From Callorhinchus milii (taxonomy: Eukaryota), in NCBI RefSeq assembly GCF_018977255.1, contig NW_024704742.1, positions 127,906,001 through 127,970,000 of the forward strand: a stretch of DNA of 64,000 nt, read 5' to 3'. How positions within the stretch are numbered: position 1 is the stretch's first letter; each line of letters begins with the position of its first letter. Under the pieces are notes generated by a model that did not search any database, was not told the DNA's origin, and saw only the letters and a list, made by a program, of their open reading frames with translations. The translations under genes were made by a program, and so were the position numbers. Positions 1 through 12,741 of this stretch are shown one piece after another.

Positions 1-682
1 AGTTTGAGCTGGATGGGGTGGGTGGAGAAGAAACATGGCTGAAAATGCAGTTGAGAATATAGGTCCAAAGGTGGACAATTAAGCTCCAAAGAGCAAGGGC
101 AGGATGATTCAGACCTCGCCCACGATGGGAGGAAGGATTGGATTGGGCAGGGTAAACAAAGTGGACCAGTGAGCAGAAGGAGTTGCCAGGGCAGTAGGAT
201 CACAGGAGGTCGGAAAGATAAAGTGCTCACTGAGATACGACCCTGCAAGTTGTTGTAGGATGGGATAAGGCTGCAGAGGCACACATATAACAATGATAAT
301 ATAATAATCCTTGCATTTGACATAGTGCCTTATCACATCTTCGAGATGTCTCAAAGCTCTTCATAGAATATACAATAAAGTGAATTTACTGTATATTTTG
401 TGAGTGACCCACATCCTAAACCTCAAAACACCTCGAGTCCTCAAAAGGCCTTGTAGAACCTCTTACTGTGAAACTTCACAATCGTGGGTATAATTTGTTG
501 TATTTCTTAGCTGCTTCTGGTAACAGGAAGTATGCCATGCTGACCTGCAGGAGCTCCAGGAGTTCGGAGGTGGTTTATATCTAGAGCCGAGCTCTCGTGG
601 TCCGACGGGAATTCTAACAGGATTTCCGAGTAAGAAATTCTGTTGTCAAATTGCACAGATCCGATCTCTAGATTTCATTGTC

Positions 683-989
683 ATAATAATAATAATCCTT
701 GCATTTGATATAGCATTTGATCATGTCTTTCAGATGTCTAAAAGCGTTTTACAGAATATACTTTGAAGGGAATTGACTGAGAGCCCAACAGCATGAGGAG
801 GGAACTGAGTGAGGTGGAACAGATAAGCGATCCACCAATCGACTATTAACCAGGTTACTACTTACTGCTAGGTAAACAGAGGCATGGGGAGTAAGGAAAC
901 TTGCTTAACGTTTCACTCTGCTCAAGAATCAAACCCCAGGCCTCTCGCTTGCGAGGCGAGTGCTCTAACCACTGAGCTACAGGACTCCA
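683..989 (-). mobile_element. tRNA-derived SINE, long subfamily (B), internally rearranged
   Basis: tRNA-like head (tggagtcctgtagctcagtggttagagcac, B-box-like ggtttgattc), central gcctctgtttacctagcagtaagtag segment and (ATT)n tail. Positions 780-824 are replaced by unrelated sequence. Confidence 0.9.
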
Positions 990-2749
990 CAGAATGACAA
1001 GTGCCTAAAAATGTCACAATAAACTTCGAAAAGTAATGATAAATGCTTTTATTTTGATATAAAGATAAGCCTATAGTTCAAAAGTTGAATAAAGTGAGTA
1101 GAGAAAATAAAATCACTTGGGTTACTCTACATCTATCTCACTCCTGCCTGAAGCCTTCACGACTTATGTGCCTATTGTCACTCCACTTAGTCTCTGTTGG
1201 CACTGAATCTCTCCTGTCTGATTCCTGAGGAATGGATTTCTGTGCGTCCGGGGTATTTCAATAAGTATTTACCTGTATCCGCCAAACCTGGTAACCATAC
1301 CAACCAAAGTGCAGCGATCAAAGGTGAGAGGAAGCTCAGGAGCTAGCTAGCTGTGAGATATGAGGCTCCAAAGGTCACACCTAGTTTTCATCCAAACAAC
1401 ACAGTGAATTTAGGCAACGTGCATAAATACTTCGGCAAGCTTTCCTACTCTCCAACCAAAACACAGCAGCGGGTCATTAAGTAAACGCCAACAAATATAT
1501 ATCTAATCATGCCTAACCTAATCTGCTTTTTTAATTCAAAGTAGCACTTATTGCTATATATGATCTGCTTTCACGAATGAACTTGCTAATCAAACTCAAT
1601 AATGATTAGTTGTTTTTTTGGCAGAAGAAAGGTTTCATAGGGATTGCAATACAGTAACTGGGCAGCACAGCAACAACAACTTGCATTTATATAGCGGCCT
1701 TCACGCGAGGTAGTGTCCCGGAGTGCTTGTAATTTGCAAGTTGCTCTGTGTAACAGTGTCGGTGTTAGAGGGCTGACAGCTAAGCGTGTTCTCACCAGGA
1801 CGATGGTTACACAGTAGTGATAAGAAATGGACCACTTGAAACACACAGTGACTCAAACATGACCAGGTTAGATTCAGCTTCAGTGTAAATCATCTCCTTT
1901 GGCTCTGTCCCAACATTGGTCCTCAACTCCACCTCGAGAAAAAATATTTCCACAAACGGCATCTTGCTGGCCATTGAGATTGCCAATTTAGTGTCAAAAG
2001 AATCCAATTTGTGACATTTCTTAATGGAATTCCTTAATGAAAAGAATGCCATTAAAATCCCTGTCCACCCATCAAACCTCTGCTCCGGAAGTAGATAACA
2101 TTGGAGCAGATTTGCTGTTCATCAGTATTTCTGGGTTTACGCCTGTGCTGTGCATGATAAGTGTAAAACATCACCAAGCCTTTGAGTCTGAGATCTCAAT
2201 TACCCGGCTGCTAGAAGCTCAGATCTGTTCTGAACTGATGGCTCTTTTAAGTAAACTGTACAGTAAATGGAGCAAACACAATTCACTGTGGTGGTATGGC
2301 TGGAGAAAGCACACCTGCCTTTTGATCCTCCTCGCAAGTAGATCATAGCACAATGCATTAACATTGGCACAGTTCAAGGAGTCTGTTTCAGATCTGTAAA
2401 TCCTGTCCTGCTACCTGGGATATGTTAGCACGTGCGCCAGGCAAGTAATTGGACACCATCTGCTGCACTCAGTGGTTGGGGGGAAGAAGAGCAAATGATG
2501 GGCAGATCAGCTATGATTTAGATCAACAGATCTGAAGTAAACTACATCTCCCAATATAAACAGGGTATCAGAAAGTGGCCAGTCATGTGTTCAAACTCAG
2601 CAAGACCAGGAGCTATTGGTAAATAAGGTCTAGGTTACTAATAAATACTGAAGATAAATAAAGATTAGAAGCGCATTCAACCAAGGAACAATGTGCTTGT
2701 TTCATTACTCAATGGGACGAAGAAGTTAATCCTTAGGATATTATTAATT

Positions 2750-3165
2750 TCACCTACAAAACACACAGTCACAACACTTTGCAGTACATACTGTGAAGCG
2801 CTTTAAGATGCCCTAATGACTTGAAAGGCGCTATAACAGTAATAATAGTAATAATCCTTGCATTTGACACATGCATTTGTAAATATACTGCCAATTCACT
2901 TTACAATATATTCTGTGAAGAGCTTTGAGACATCTAGAACACATGAAAAGCACTATATCAAATCCAAGGATTATTATTATATAGCACCTTATCACGTCAT
3001 TGAGATGTCTCAAAGAATATACTGTAAAGTGAATTGTCTGTACACTTTGTGGGTGAAGCGTGGCAGCCAATTGCGCACAGCAGTCCCACAAACAATCTAA
3101 ATATAATAGATATATTGTATTATGTCATATATACAAAGATATATCAAATGTAAGGATTATTATCA
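2750..3165. mobile_element. Cluster of nested SINE 3'-tail fragments in both orientations
   Basis: + tail 2750-2835; - tail 2838-2867 resuming at 2980-3095; + tail 2880-2980 inserted between them; a further + tail remnant at ~3140-3165. Confidence 0.85.
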
Positions 3166-4134
3166 TTGCTCTCTTCTGCAACACCGCAGACCAGAAGTCC
3201 TGCCTTCCTCGATTTCTTTAATGATTATAAAAGAAATTCATGTGGAGCACAGCCCACTGAAAACAAACGCTAGCGATCAAAGGGTTAATTCAAATGTTAT
3301 TTTACTGAACACTTCAGTCAGTTAGGAAGTTCAGCAAAGCAGCACAAAGTTCTCGTGCACATTCGAACAAGCTTTCATTGTTGGTCTGAACTAAAATGAC
3401 CACATTTTTCTGTCTCACAAACACCACTTTAAAGGGGCAAAGGCCAAACACCCCAACCCCCCCCCCCCCCATGCTTCCGCCATACATTTTTCTGAAGAAA
3501 GCTTTAGTACAAGAGAATGGAGTGATGGAAGGCAGCACGGAATATTCACATCAAACTAAACCTATCATATCGAGTGTTTGATTATCTGTTGATCTTCATC
3601 ATTATACAATTCTATGATTTAGGGAAGTTATTTTAGGATACTGTGTTAGATATAGATACTTAGAGATATTATGATGTCAGCCTGGCTCAGTTGGTAGCAC
3701 TCTTGCCCACAAATGGTGGTTGGTCAGGGCTAGAGGGGCTCAGCCCCTCTCCCACCCATTAGCTCAAAGGCTGTGTTCTAAGCAAAGCATGAAAAAAATG
3801 TCTTACTTCTGAGTCATCCGACCGTTGCTGACATCAATTCTTGTGTATTCCACACTGGTGTGCGACGCACAGTTTGGCTGATGTCACTTCCGGTGTTCTG
3901 CGCCCATGGAAGAAGTCACATCAGCAGCGCTTCCTGTGCATAATATTCATGTGCAGTGTGTGGAGAACGACATTTGTGCTACTTGCGATTAGTGTGTATG
4001 TGCATCGGTGATGTCAGCGGTGACCTGATGATCCGGACACTAGCCTTTTTTGGATCACAGGGCAGCCAGCTAGTCGGTGCCCAAAGTTGGATGAACCAAA
4101 CTTATCGTTAGCACAGGCGCATATGACACCAGTC

Positions 4135-4505
4135 TAATAATAATAATCCTTGCATTTGATATAGCGGCTTATTACTTCTTCGAGACGTCTCAAAGCGCTT
4201 CACAAGATCTACTGTAAAATGAATTGACTGTATATTTTGCAGGCAAAACATAGCAGTCAATTGCACACAGCAGTGTCCCACAAACAGTCATGGATTGAAG
4301 TGACCAATTTATTATTATTAATTTTTTGAAAGAATTATTACCCCCGGAAAAGCAATCTGCCAATCGACTAACAACCGGGTTCCTACTTACTGCTAGGTAA
4401 ACAGAGGCGTGTGGATTAAGGAAATTTTTCGCCCTGCCGGGAATTGAACTCAGGTCTCTCGTTTGCGAGGCGAGTGGTCTAACCACTGAGCTGCAGAGGA
4501 CTCCA
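4135..4505 (-). mobile_element. tRNA-derived SINE, long subfamily (B), full length
   Basis: A/B-box head, central domain, L2-like 3' tail and (ATT)n. Confidence 0.93.
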
Positions 4506-7429
4506 CAATAAGTGGGGGATGTGGGAGACGTTAAAATAGGATTTCACTATGTCGATCTGCTTTGATTTAGACGTTTTGCCAGAAAGGGAGCAAAAGGAAT
4601 TCAGCTTGTTAACATACTGAATACATCAGGATTCTCCTTGACATTTAAAAAGTGCACAACACATCAGTAGACAAGACATTAATGTGTTGAGGTGAACCTT
4701 GGAGATATGTGCTACATGTTATTCATCTCAATTGGGACCATCTGCTTCTTTGTTAGAATCCCTATGAGGTCTCAGCCACGTCTCCCCGAGGTGGAAGTGA
4801 ATCAAATGAAACAAGTCTGGTGAAGCCAGGTAGGATCATAGCACTCCAAGGTTAATAGTTGATTATTTTTTTCTTTGGCTGCTGCTAATTGATAGATCAC
4901 GAATCCTGCACACTAAACAAATTCCTGGGAATTAAACAAAGATTCAGGGGCATTTAAACAATGACATTGAAGCATCAAAGGATCTTTGGGGAATTTGAAT
5001 GGACCAATAATGAATAATCCTTGCATTTGTCACAGCACCTAAAATGTCTCAAATCTCTTCACAGATAATTGCTGTCAAGTGTAATAACTGTGTACTTGAA
5101 GAAAACATGGCAGCCAATTTGTGCTCTGCAAGGTGCCATAAACAGTGTTGAAGTGAATGATCAATTTATCTGGGGGATTGCTGGCCAGGGCATCGGGAGG
5201 AACTCCCTTCTCTATTTGAATAGATGAAAAGAGGACCAATGGTGTACTCCTGCCTGAAACACTTCCTCTGTAAGTTACAGTAAAATTCATCCGTGCTTCA
5301 TGCTGCCAAGCTACACAGTTACCCTCATCAATCCTGTGATTCATTCATTCATTTCAAAGATATCAAAAAGCTTTCAATTACAGTAGCATTATGGAACTTG
5401 TCAATCTCGAACAAGAATAAAATGCCATTCAGGGTCTTTGCAGAAGCCAGTAAGTGATTGTTATATTTATTCTTAAATGGCCAGCAGTGGAATCTTACAA
5501 CTGTCCTCCTAGACATGAGAGAAAGAATGTTTACTGGCCCTTTGCAACAGGCATCTGATTCTAATTTACAGGCTTAGAAATCTCCTCGCATAACTCTGAG
5601 GAATGGAAATGTGGTTCGAGTTTAATGAAACTTTTTCTATTCAGGCATTTTAGGGAAGAGGGAAAAAAATGATCTGATGTCAAATTAGATAGCTTGAATC
5701 CTGGCCGAAAGACACTTTGCACGATTTCCTAGCAATGTTGATATTCTGATGTAACAATTTTCAACACCAGAAATGAAAGGCAAGCAAATTCACGGACACA
5801 TCTGAACAGAAAGTGCTTGAACGCCAGTGAACATGACTCCACTGTGAGCCTTCACGGTGGGAACACAGAACATGGGATTTTTATTGAAACCACTGGAACC
5901 TCATCTCCCTCCCACATTTAGATATTTCTTCCCTGCCAAAGAATTCCATTTGAAGCTGAACAGGACAATTTCAAAAATGCCTTATTTCTTTTTTAAAAAT
6001 GCTAAAAATCCCTTCATTCAAAACGTTTTCAGGTAATAAAAACCTGTGTATTCTTTACTTACGAGCGCTCAGTCGTGATTTTACAGGCTCATAATTCTGA
6101 GACTCAGTATTGCTGTACAGCAGTATACTTTACTGGAATGGAGACAGTAACAGGTCTGAAGAAACAGCAGAAGCTGAAACTCATCTTCTCACTGGTAACA
6201 TACTGGTAAAACTAGTACCACTATAGAAGTTCAGTGCATAAAAACTCCATTTAAAAACAATTACAAAAGGTAGGATTAAATGCATTTGTCCTAGTGTTCT
6301 ATCATCGCCAGGACAATCACTAATAGCCTGAACTAGTCACCCGACTAGTTCAGGCATTTACTTATACTGTTTCTGCCTAAGGCATCCAGTCCATCCTTAG
6401 AGTTCTATTAGCAATATAGCAGACTAAGACGATTCTATAGTTGACACGAAAACTGTTAGCATCACATCTGGGAATCCACAACTGTTTGGTCGCGACAATG
6501 TCTTCACACCGCTGGGAAAGCAGTACAAAGCTGTGTTAAGTGGCTATAGCTGTACCACCACTGGGGTTAGATTGGCAAGTGTGATACCCTCTTGCTGTTC
6601 ACTTCAATAATAAGGACATTACAGTAGAACTGTCCTGGCCACCAGTAGGACACTGATGGTGAAAGTCCATTGCAAATAGCAACCATGCATACGACACCAA
6701 ATCACACTAAATTGTGGAATACCGGCACGGATGCAGAAGTTGGGCTGAATGACATGTTTCCATAGCGTATCACTCTGCAACTCTTCAGAGCATTAAGCAT
6801 AAACTGCCTCAAACTCTGATTTGAGTTCTCCCAATGTTTGGAAGAACTCAATGACCCGATATAGCACTAGCAGAGTGATAGATTGATGCCAAAATGCCTC
6901 ATCCCCTCCTGGTTGACGCTTGCTAATTGCTACATCAGCAAACTGCACATACCTTTCTGAAATCCACGTCATCTTCTGAGATTCATCTCCTCCTCACCTT
7001 CACCTGACACCAGTGAGTCACCCACTTCAGCCCATTCATTGTTGAAAAACCATGACTCACATTAGATCAGCTGAAGTAACATAAATTAGACACAAGATTG
7101 AAACATAGTCCATGCTTCTCACTGTGATTTATGCAGTTGTACTTTGTCATCAGGGTTTGCAGGATTGATAAGAATATGCGCAATATATTCAAACACTTAA
7201 CTCAGTTATTAATCTTCTCTTGCTCCATGCATCAAATCAAATTTAATGAAAACCATTTTAAACTGTCAGTACAATAAAATCTAGACTGGTTCAAAAGACC
7301 TCATCCAGGCTTATCTCAAGAATAATAGAAAAGTGATAAAGAGGCAGCGGAGAGGCACTACAGTTGACGGAGACTTCACTACTGATCTCTATCTCCCTGC
7401 AGTATATATCGTCGCTCACAACAAGCCCC

Positions 7430-7680
7430 CATCACTCTCATTCTTGTCAGCCTCCACTGGCTCCCATATCCCAGCAGATCAACTTTAGGTCCCTCGTCCT
7501 GACCTTCAAATCCTTTTACGGTCTTGATACTTTTTACCTATGCCATTTCTTCTAACTCTATTCTTCTTCCCCTTCTCTTCACTCTTCTAATCTGGTCTAT
7601 TACTTGTCCCTCCCAACCACTATTGGTGGCCAATCCTTCAGACATTATGCCCCTGCCCTCATTTTCCTGCTCCTACAAAA
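7430..7680 (+). mobile_element. Old L2 fragment
   Basis: ctccactggctccc (LHWLP) ..tcctgaccttcaaatcc..attggtggccaatccttcagacattatgcccc. Other old L2 3' remnants lie at ~1-270(-), 20280-20490(-), 31420-31560(-), 37700-37925(+), 38745-38990(+), 46380-46545(-) and 52480-52710(+). Confidence 0.75.
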
Positions 7681-9899
7681 TCCACCACTTCAGTCCCACT
7701 TTGAGGAACTCATCAAGTGGGGGCATCACCAGGGTGGAATGTCCCACGTTGTAATAATTATCACCAGTGATAACTGTCACACCATACTCCACACTTTCAC
7801 TCCAATACTTAAATCTGGCACTACTGACATTACGCTCGAGTAAAAGTATCCACTATTCCTAAAGGATCTTGGTGCTATTATTAAATACTGAATTGAACAA
7901 TCACACTATCCTAGCCATATCATATTGAACATCCAGTGAACATCAAATCATTTCCAGCTTTGAAGCACATAAATTTGGCATTAAGGTGATAGGTCCTGCC
8001 ATTAACCTTGACCGAAGCATCCGTTACCTCCCCATCTACACTCAAGCTCATGATGCACCTAAATGTCAATAGCAGTCCATTCCTGTGACTAACTGCTTCA
8101 GCCTTCATTCATGTTGAAAGCCGATGGATACAGAAGTGGAGACTTGGTGCTGTTGAGCAATACCGGTGTTCTCATCTGAAAAAGGTCAATCGATTTGCAG
8201 CTCTTACTCTCATGTCTTGTGCTACATCACAGTCAATAAAGCAATTCACAAGCAGGGGGAAGACTATTGAAAGGGTGGACGGTGTCTTTGCTTAAAGGCA
8301 AACAGTTTACTTGCTGACAAACCAGCTTTATTGAGTTCAAGGTAAGTGAATCTCCATTGCGGACAGAGGAGTCTGAAAGAAACTCCCTCACAAAATATAC
8401 AACATCTGATCTTCAATAGGGTCAGTTTAAACACAGCACAGAAATGGGTAAAATATTCCTCTTTCAAAGACTACTCCTTGTTCCAATTTACAGCACTTTT
8501 TACATCTTTGGACTCTGTAGCAGAGAACTATTGCTCTCAGTCTCTTTTGTTTGTGCCGTTTCCAAAGCAAATGTTTCCAATCTCATTTCTGACTCTAACT
8601 GAAATAGAATCTGCCTTCAGGAATACAAGGAGATTAATTGTTAATGTATCGACTGGAAATGCTGGAAGTCACATGGCCAATGCATCATTATGCAGCAAAA
8701 TTTAATGCTACAGAAGCTTTTGGTTGGCTGTCCAACGCTGTCAAAATGTAACAATTAACCTCTGTTCATTCAGTGCGGAATTTAGACACATTGTCTACTT
8801 CCTATTACACATTCCTTGTTGATATCAATCTTGCTCTAATTTATCACCAATGAAGTTAGGACCAAGCCATCCGAGTCTGTTAACTATTAATGCAAAGTGA
8901 GATCAGGTTGCAATCCATCTCCTCATGTGAGTGTAATTTTCCAACTGATTAACAAATTGTTTAGTGACCAAGTCAAGAGACCAAAGGCATTGAGCACATT
9001 CCAAGAGAATTTCTGTGCACTGCTGCTGGGGGGGGGGGAAACACTCGTAAAATGAAACTGAACTCATGAGAGTTGGTAAAAATGTACCTGCTATCTGAAA
9101 TTATTGCCTAAATACAGACAGATTGAACAGTTTTCATTGGCATTTCAGTGCCACACTGGTATGTGTAGCCTCGCCCCACTAATCTAGGTGAGAGGTCAAC
9201 TAGAAAGAGCTCTCAAATTCAGTGGAGGCAGAAGCGAGCTCAGTACTAGCCAATCTTTATGGTCGGCCAACAGAATACATTTTGATAGAATATTGCTTGA
9301 TGTATGCCACAAATCAAGAAATACTCAATGAAGAAAACGGACATGGACTTACCTAAACTCATGACAATGTTCAGGAGGGCGCTTCTAGACAGCCCTCGGA
9401 CCATTAATGGCCCACAGGCTGAACAACTATCGAGCTAGTTAATGCTGAGGATATATTCTATTCTATTGCAACATTAAACAGGGAGGGTGCAAGGTAATGG
9501 GATTTACAGCAGCTTAAACTTATTACAAGCAATGAAACGATGGTACCAAACATCTTAATTTTATAAAACTTTGCAGTGTTAAGTCCTTATGTCAAACTAT
9601 TTACTTGGAGATGGCATTGTTAAAACTCTGCCACAAATGTCCTGGACAACAATCCTCCCAGAAAAAAATGATCATCCACTTCATGCCAGTTTGTGAGACA
9701 ATTGTGTGAGCAAATTGGCTGCAACGTTTGCCTACACAACACTTTACTGTGAAATATTTTGAGACGTCTCTCATGACATGATAAGTCACAATATCAAACA
9801 CAAGAATTATTACTATTATTATAGGTAGAACCCGGAAAGACTGCAGTGCAAATCCATTTAAACTGGATTGTTGCGTGGACAAACCAGACATTACTTGCT

Positions 9900-10240
9900 T
9901 ATAAAATGGGCCAATAGAAGAGTGCGTCTGCAATTTTTCCGCGAGATCCGCTACAAACAACCTCCTCCGCTACTTACCCCTCTCGGCTACACATACCCCC
10001 CTCCGCTACAAACAACCCCCTCCCCTAAAATACGTAACAATGCAGTGTTCTCCAGACGTGCATGCGCGATGCGATGCAAGTGGGAAATGGGCTTCACTCG
10101 CCCCGGGGCCCCGCTGGTGCGATTGTTTGTGTCTCTCTCTCTCTCCTCAGTATGTGTTTGTGAGAGTGTCTGTCTCTCTGTGAGGGCGTGTGTCTACGTC
10201 AGTCTGTCTCTGTGTTTGAACCCGTGAGTGTGTGCCTCTC
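9900..10240. promoter_or_regulatory. CpG-rich promoter-like patch (or terminus of an unrecognised transposon)
   Basis: CCAAT at ~9911, locally high CpG, four ~18-bp ccgctac.. repeats, NRF1-like gtgcatgcgc, palindromic gccccggggc, then a CT/GT-rich tract. Confidence 0.3.
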
Positions 10241-11629
10241 TCTATGAGTCTCTGTGCCTGGGGGATGTGGCAGAACCCTGGACCCCACAATCAGGACACT
10301 GATAGTATGGTTTAATGTGATGTGCAAGTAACTTGGGTGTGGAGGCAGGCAAGGGAATACTTCTCACAGGCCCACATGCCTCCACCACAGCCAACAATCT
10401 TCTACATACTGTATCTGTTCGTGCAGTGCTGACAGCAATTTTGGAAGAGTCAAAGGCCACATGTACGATGCCCAAAGCATTATTAAAGAGCTTTGCAGCT
10501 CACACTCAAGCCCCCGCCCCCGCACAGAGCACCGATTTTCTCTGTCACCTCCACTTTGTTGATTGAAGTTCAAAGGCATCGCTACCCTGCACGCAACACT
10601 TGTTTCCGTGCTTTCTTATTGTTTCTGGCGCGAAGGAAAACAAAACGAGACTCCCCCTCTCAGAGATGTTGTTGTGTGTGCCAATACCTGCCCACTCCAC
10701 TGCTCCCATTTGGCACCGGAACACTGAAAACATTGGCAAGGCACCAGTGTTGATGGTGCAATATAAAGCAGCATTAATGATCTTATGTTGGGCTGGGGTT
10801 TGAATACCCCTGTGGCCTTGATGTAATCTGCAGCAGGCTCAATGCTGGAATAGAGGACAGAGAGCTGATCGAAGCACTCTTCCAATGCATAGTGATGTGA
10901 ATCATTTCAGACACCTAGAGAAGAGTATCTGCTGGGGTTCACACAACATCCATAAGCAAATGCATCACTTACAGTCTGAATTTCAAATTCAAACCGTGTT
11001 CTTACAATGCAGGACTCAACTGGGGATTAGTGCCAATTAGGATGCATAAAATGTGTAAGTCTATTAATGTACTCTAATACCCCATTTGCCTATGGTTTGC
11101 TACAGATTTCAGTGGGATGGAGATCAAATGGTCCTTTTTACAGTGCATTAAACGGATTAAGCACACCCACCGATTCCTCTGCGATGTAAGCGTATGAAGT
11201 TGCTTTGAGAAAACGTCAGCTGGGACGCTTATAGGCTGTTAAGAATTTCAGCACTACACTGTGTGGCATCGTATTCCTTTCATTCACAAGCTGTGAGTTC
11301 AATGGACTTCTGGAGCACTGCACCTCCTTAATGCACATCTCCATCCTTACGACAGCTTTAGTTCTATTTCAAAACGCAATCGTACCTGGAGGGTACAAGT
11401 GGGCTTTCGAATACTCATAAGCATATCAGTGGCATTATGCTAATATGTAAGCAGATCAAGAAAAGGTTTCGGGGCATTTTAATACGAACGACATAACTAA
11501 TTTAGATAAACGGTTTTCTCATTGAATTTGATATCAGTTTGACAAGAAGAAAAAACGTTGCAGTCATCCATTTACACAATCTCAGCGACTGTGAGAGTTC
11601 TGATTCCGAGACTTTTTTTCCCTCATCCG

Positions 11630-11910
11630 ATATAGGGGCTTATCAAGTCGTCGAGATGTCTCAAAGGACTTCATAGGATTTTATTATGAATTGCAGTGTC
11701 TGTGCATTTTTATAATATAATAATCCTTACACTTAATATAGCGCCTTATTATGTCTTTGAGACATTTCAAAGCACTTCACAGAATATACTGTAAAGTGAA
11801 TTGACTGTACATTTTTGTTGAAGAAATGCGGCAGCCAATTGCGCAGAGCAGTGTCCCACAAACAGTCATGGATGGAGTGACCAATTCATTATTATTTTTT
11901 TGATGGAATT
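11630..11910 (-). mobile_element. Two tandem SINE 3' fragments
   Basis: atatagcgccttattatgtctttgagac...gtgtcccacaaacagtc matches the SINE 3' half. Confidence 0.85.
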
Positions 11911-11964
11911 TTTTTTAGGCAAATGTTACAGTCACTTTGCATGCAGTAGTCTTACTCTAAGGAA

Positions 11965-12275
11965 AGACAGTTGGTGACAAGGGGCTGTAGTTTCAGGATT
12001 GTCAGCAGGAAGATTAGGGAAGACCTTAGATGGAATTTCTTCACTCAGAGGATTGTTCGGGTTTGGAACTCATAATCACAAATGACTATTGAGGATGGAT
12101 CATTCAAATTAAAATCACTCAAAGGGGAACTGGACGAACACCAGCAGTAAAAACATTAATGATAAGGAAAGACAACTGGAAAGAGGAATTAATAAAGTAA
12201 AATGATGATTTAGAAACAACTGCTAGCAATGGCACAGAAGGGCCAAATGGACCCTGCTATGCAGAAAATGTCTCT
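11965..12275 (+). mobile_element. CR1 LINE 3' end, decayed
   Basis: gtgacaagggg..aatttcttcactcagaggattgttcgggtttggaactc (FFTQR.V.VWNS) ..gggccaaatgg. Confidence 0.8.
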
Positions 12276-12645
12276 GAGAGTAAAGCATCCTTTTCATTTC
12301 AATGATGTGTCTCAGAAGTGATCCTATCACACAAAATCGCAACATCCTGCGCATTTAATCATTGCCAAACCTTTTAGTTTTCACAATGACAGCACCCGTT
12401 TAAATTGTACACAATGAACATGTAGAATATCCTAGTTAGCTCCATATTTCATTGAAAAAAAGCATCAGGTGTGGCCACAAAGTCCGGGAAAGTATGATCA
12501 TCTCAGGGGAACTTAAAAATACACGTTTGGTAATGTCAGCTGCACAATGATCTTGATGTCATGGTGACTTGACCCTTTTTGTCTTGGGCAAGATTCTGAA
12601 TTCTGATAACTTTGTATCATGGCGACAGATTGCAGGAGCTGCTCG

Positions 12646-12741
12646 GAAATTAACAGGTGTGCGGTGGGACTCACCAGCTGCACTCATTGCTAAGCCGCCC
12701 GTGCAGTCTGAACATCAAACAAGAGCACGCCTGTGAATTTG
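12646..12741. mobile_element. Small inverted-repeat element
   Basis: aaattaacaggtgtgc ... gcacgcctgtgaattt (14/16 inverted match), CpG-containing interior. Confidence 0.5.

Noticed and set aside
1273-1342. Minus-strand signal-peptide-like frame LLSFLSPLIAALWLVWLPGLADT ending at cag|gtaaat
   Set aside because: There is an in-frame stop immediately upstream, no ATG and only a poor acceptor.
6326-6375. Helitron 3' terminus
   Set aside because: The hairpin is not followed by CTRR at the expected distance.
9353-9418. 66-nt minus-strand candidate exon with a tag|gtaagt donor
   Set aside because: The acceptor is weak and the peptide unrecognisable; such donors are expected by chance in 64 kb.
9948-10021. 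CRISPR-like repeat array
   Set aside because: The units are ~18 bp, degenerate and adjacent with no spacers; the context is eukaryotic and there are no cas genes.
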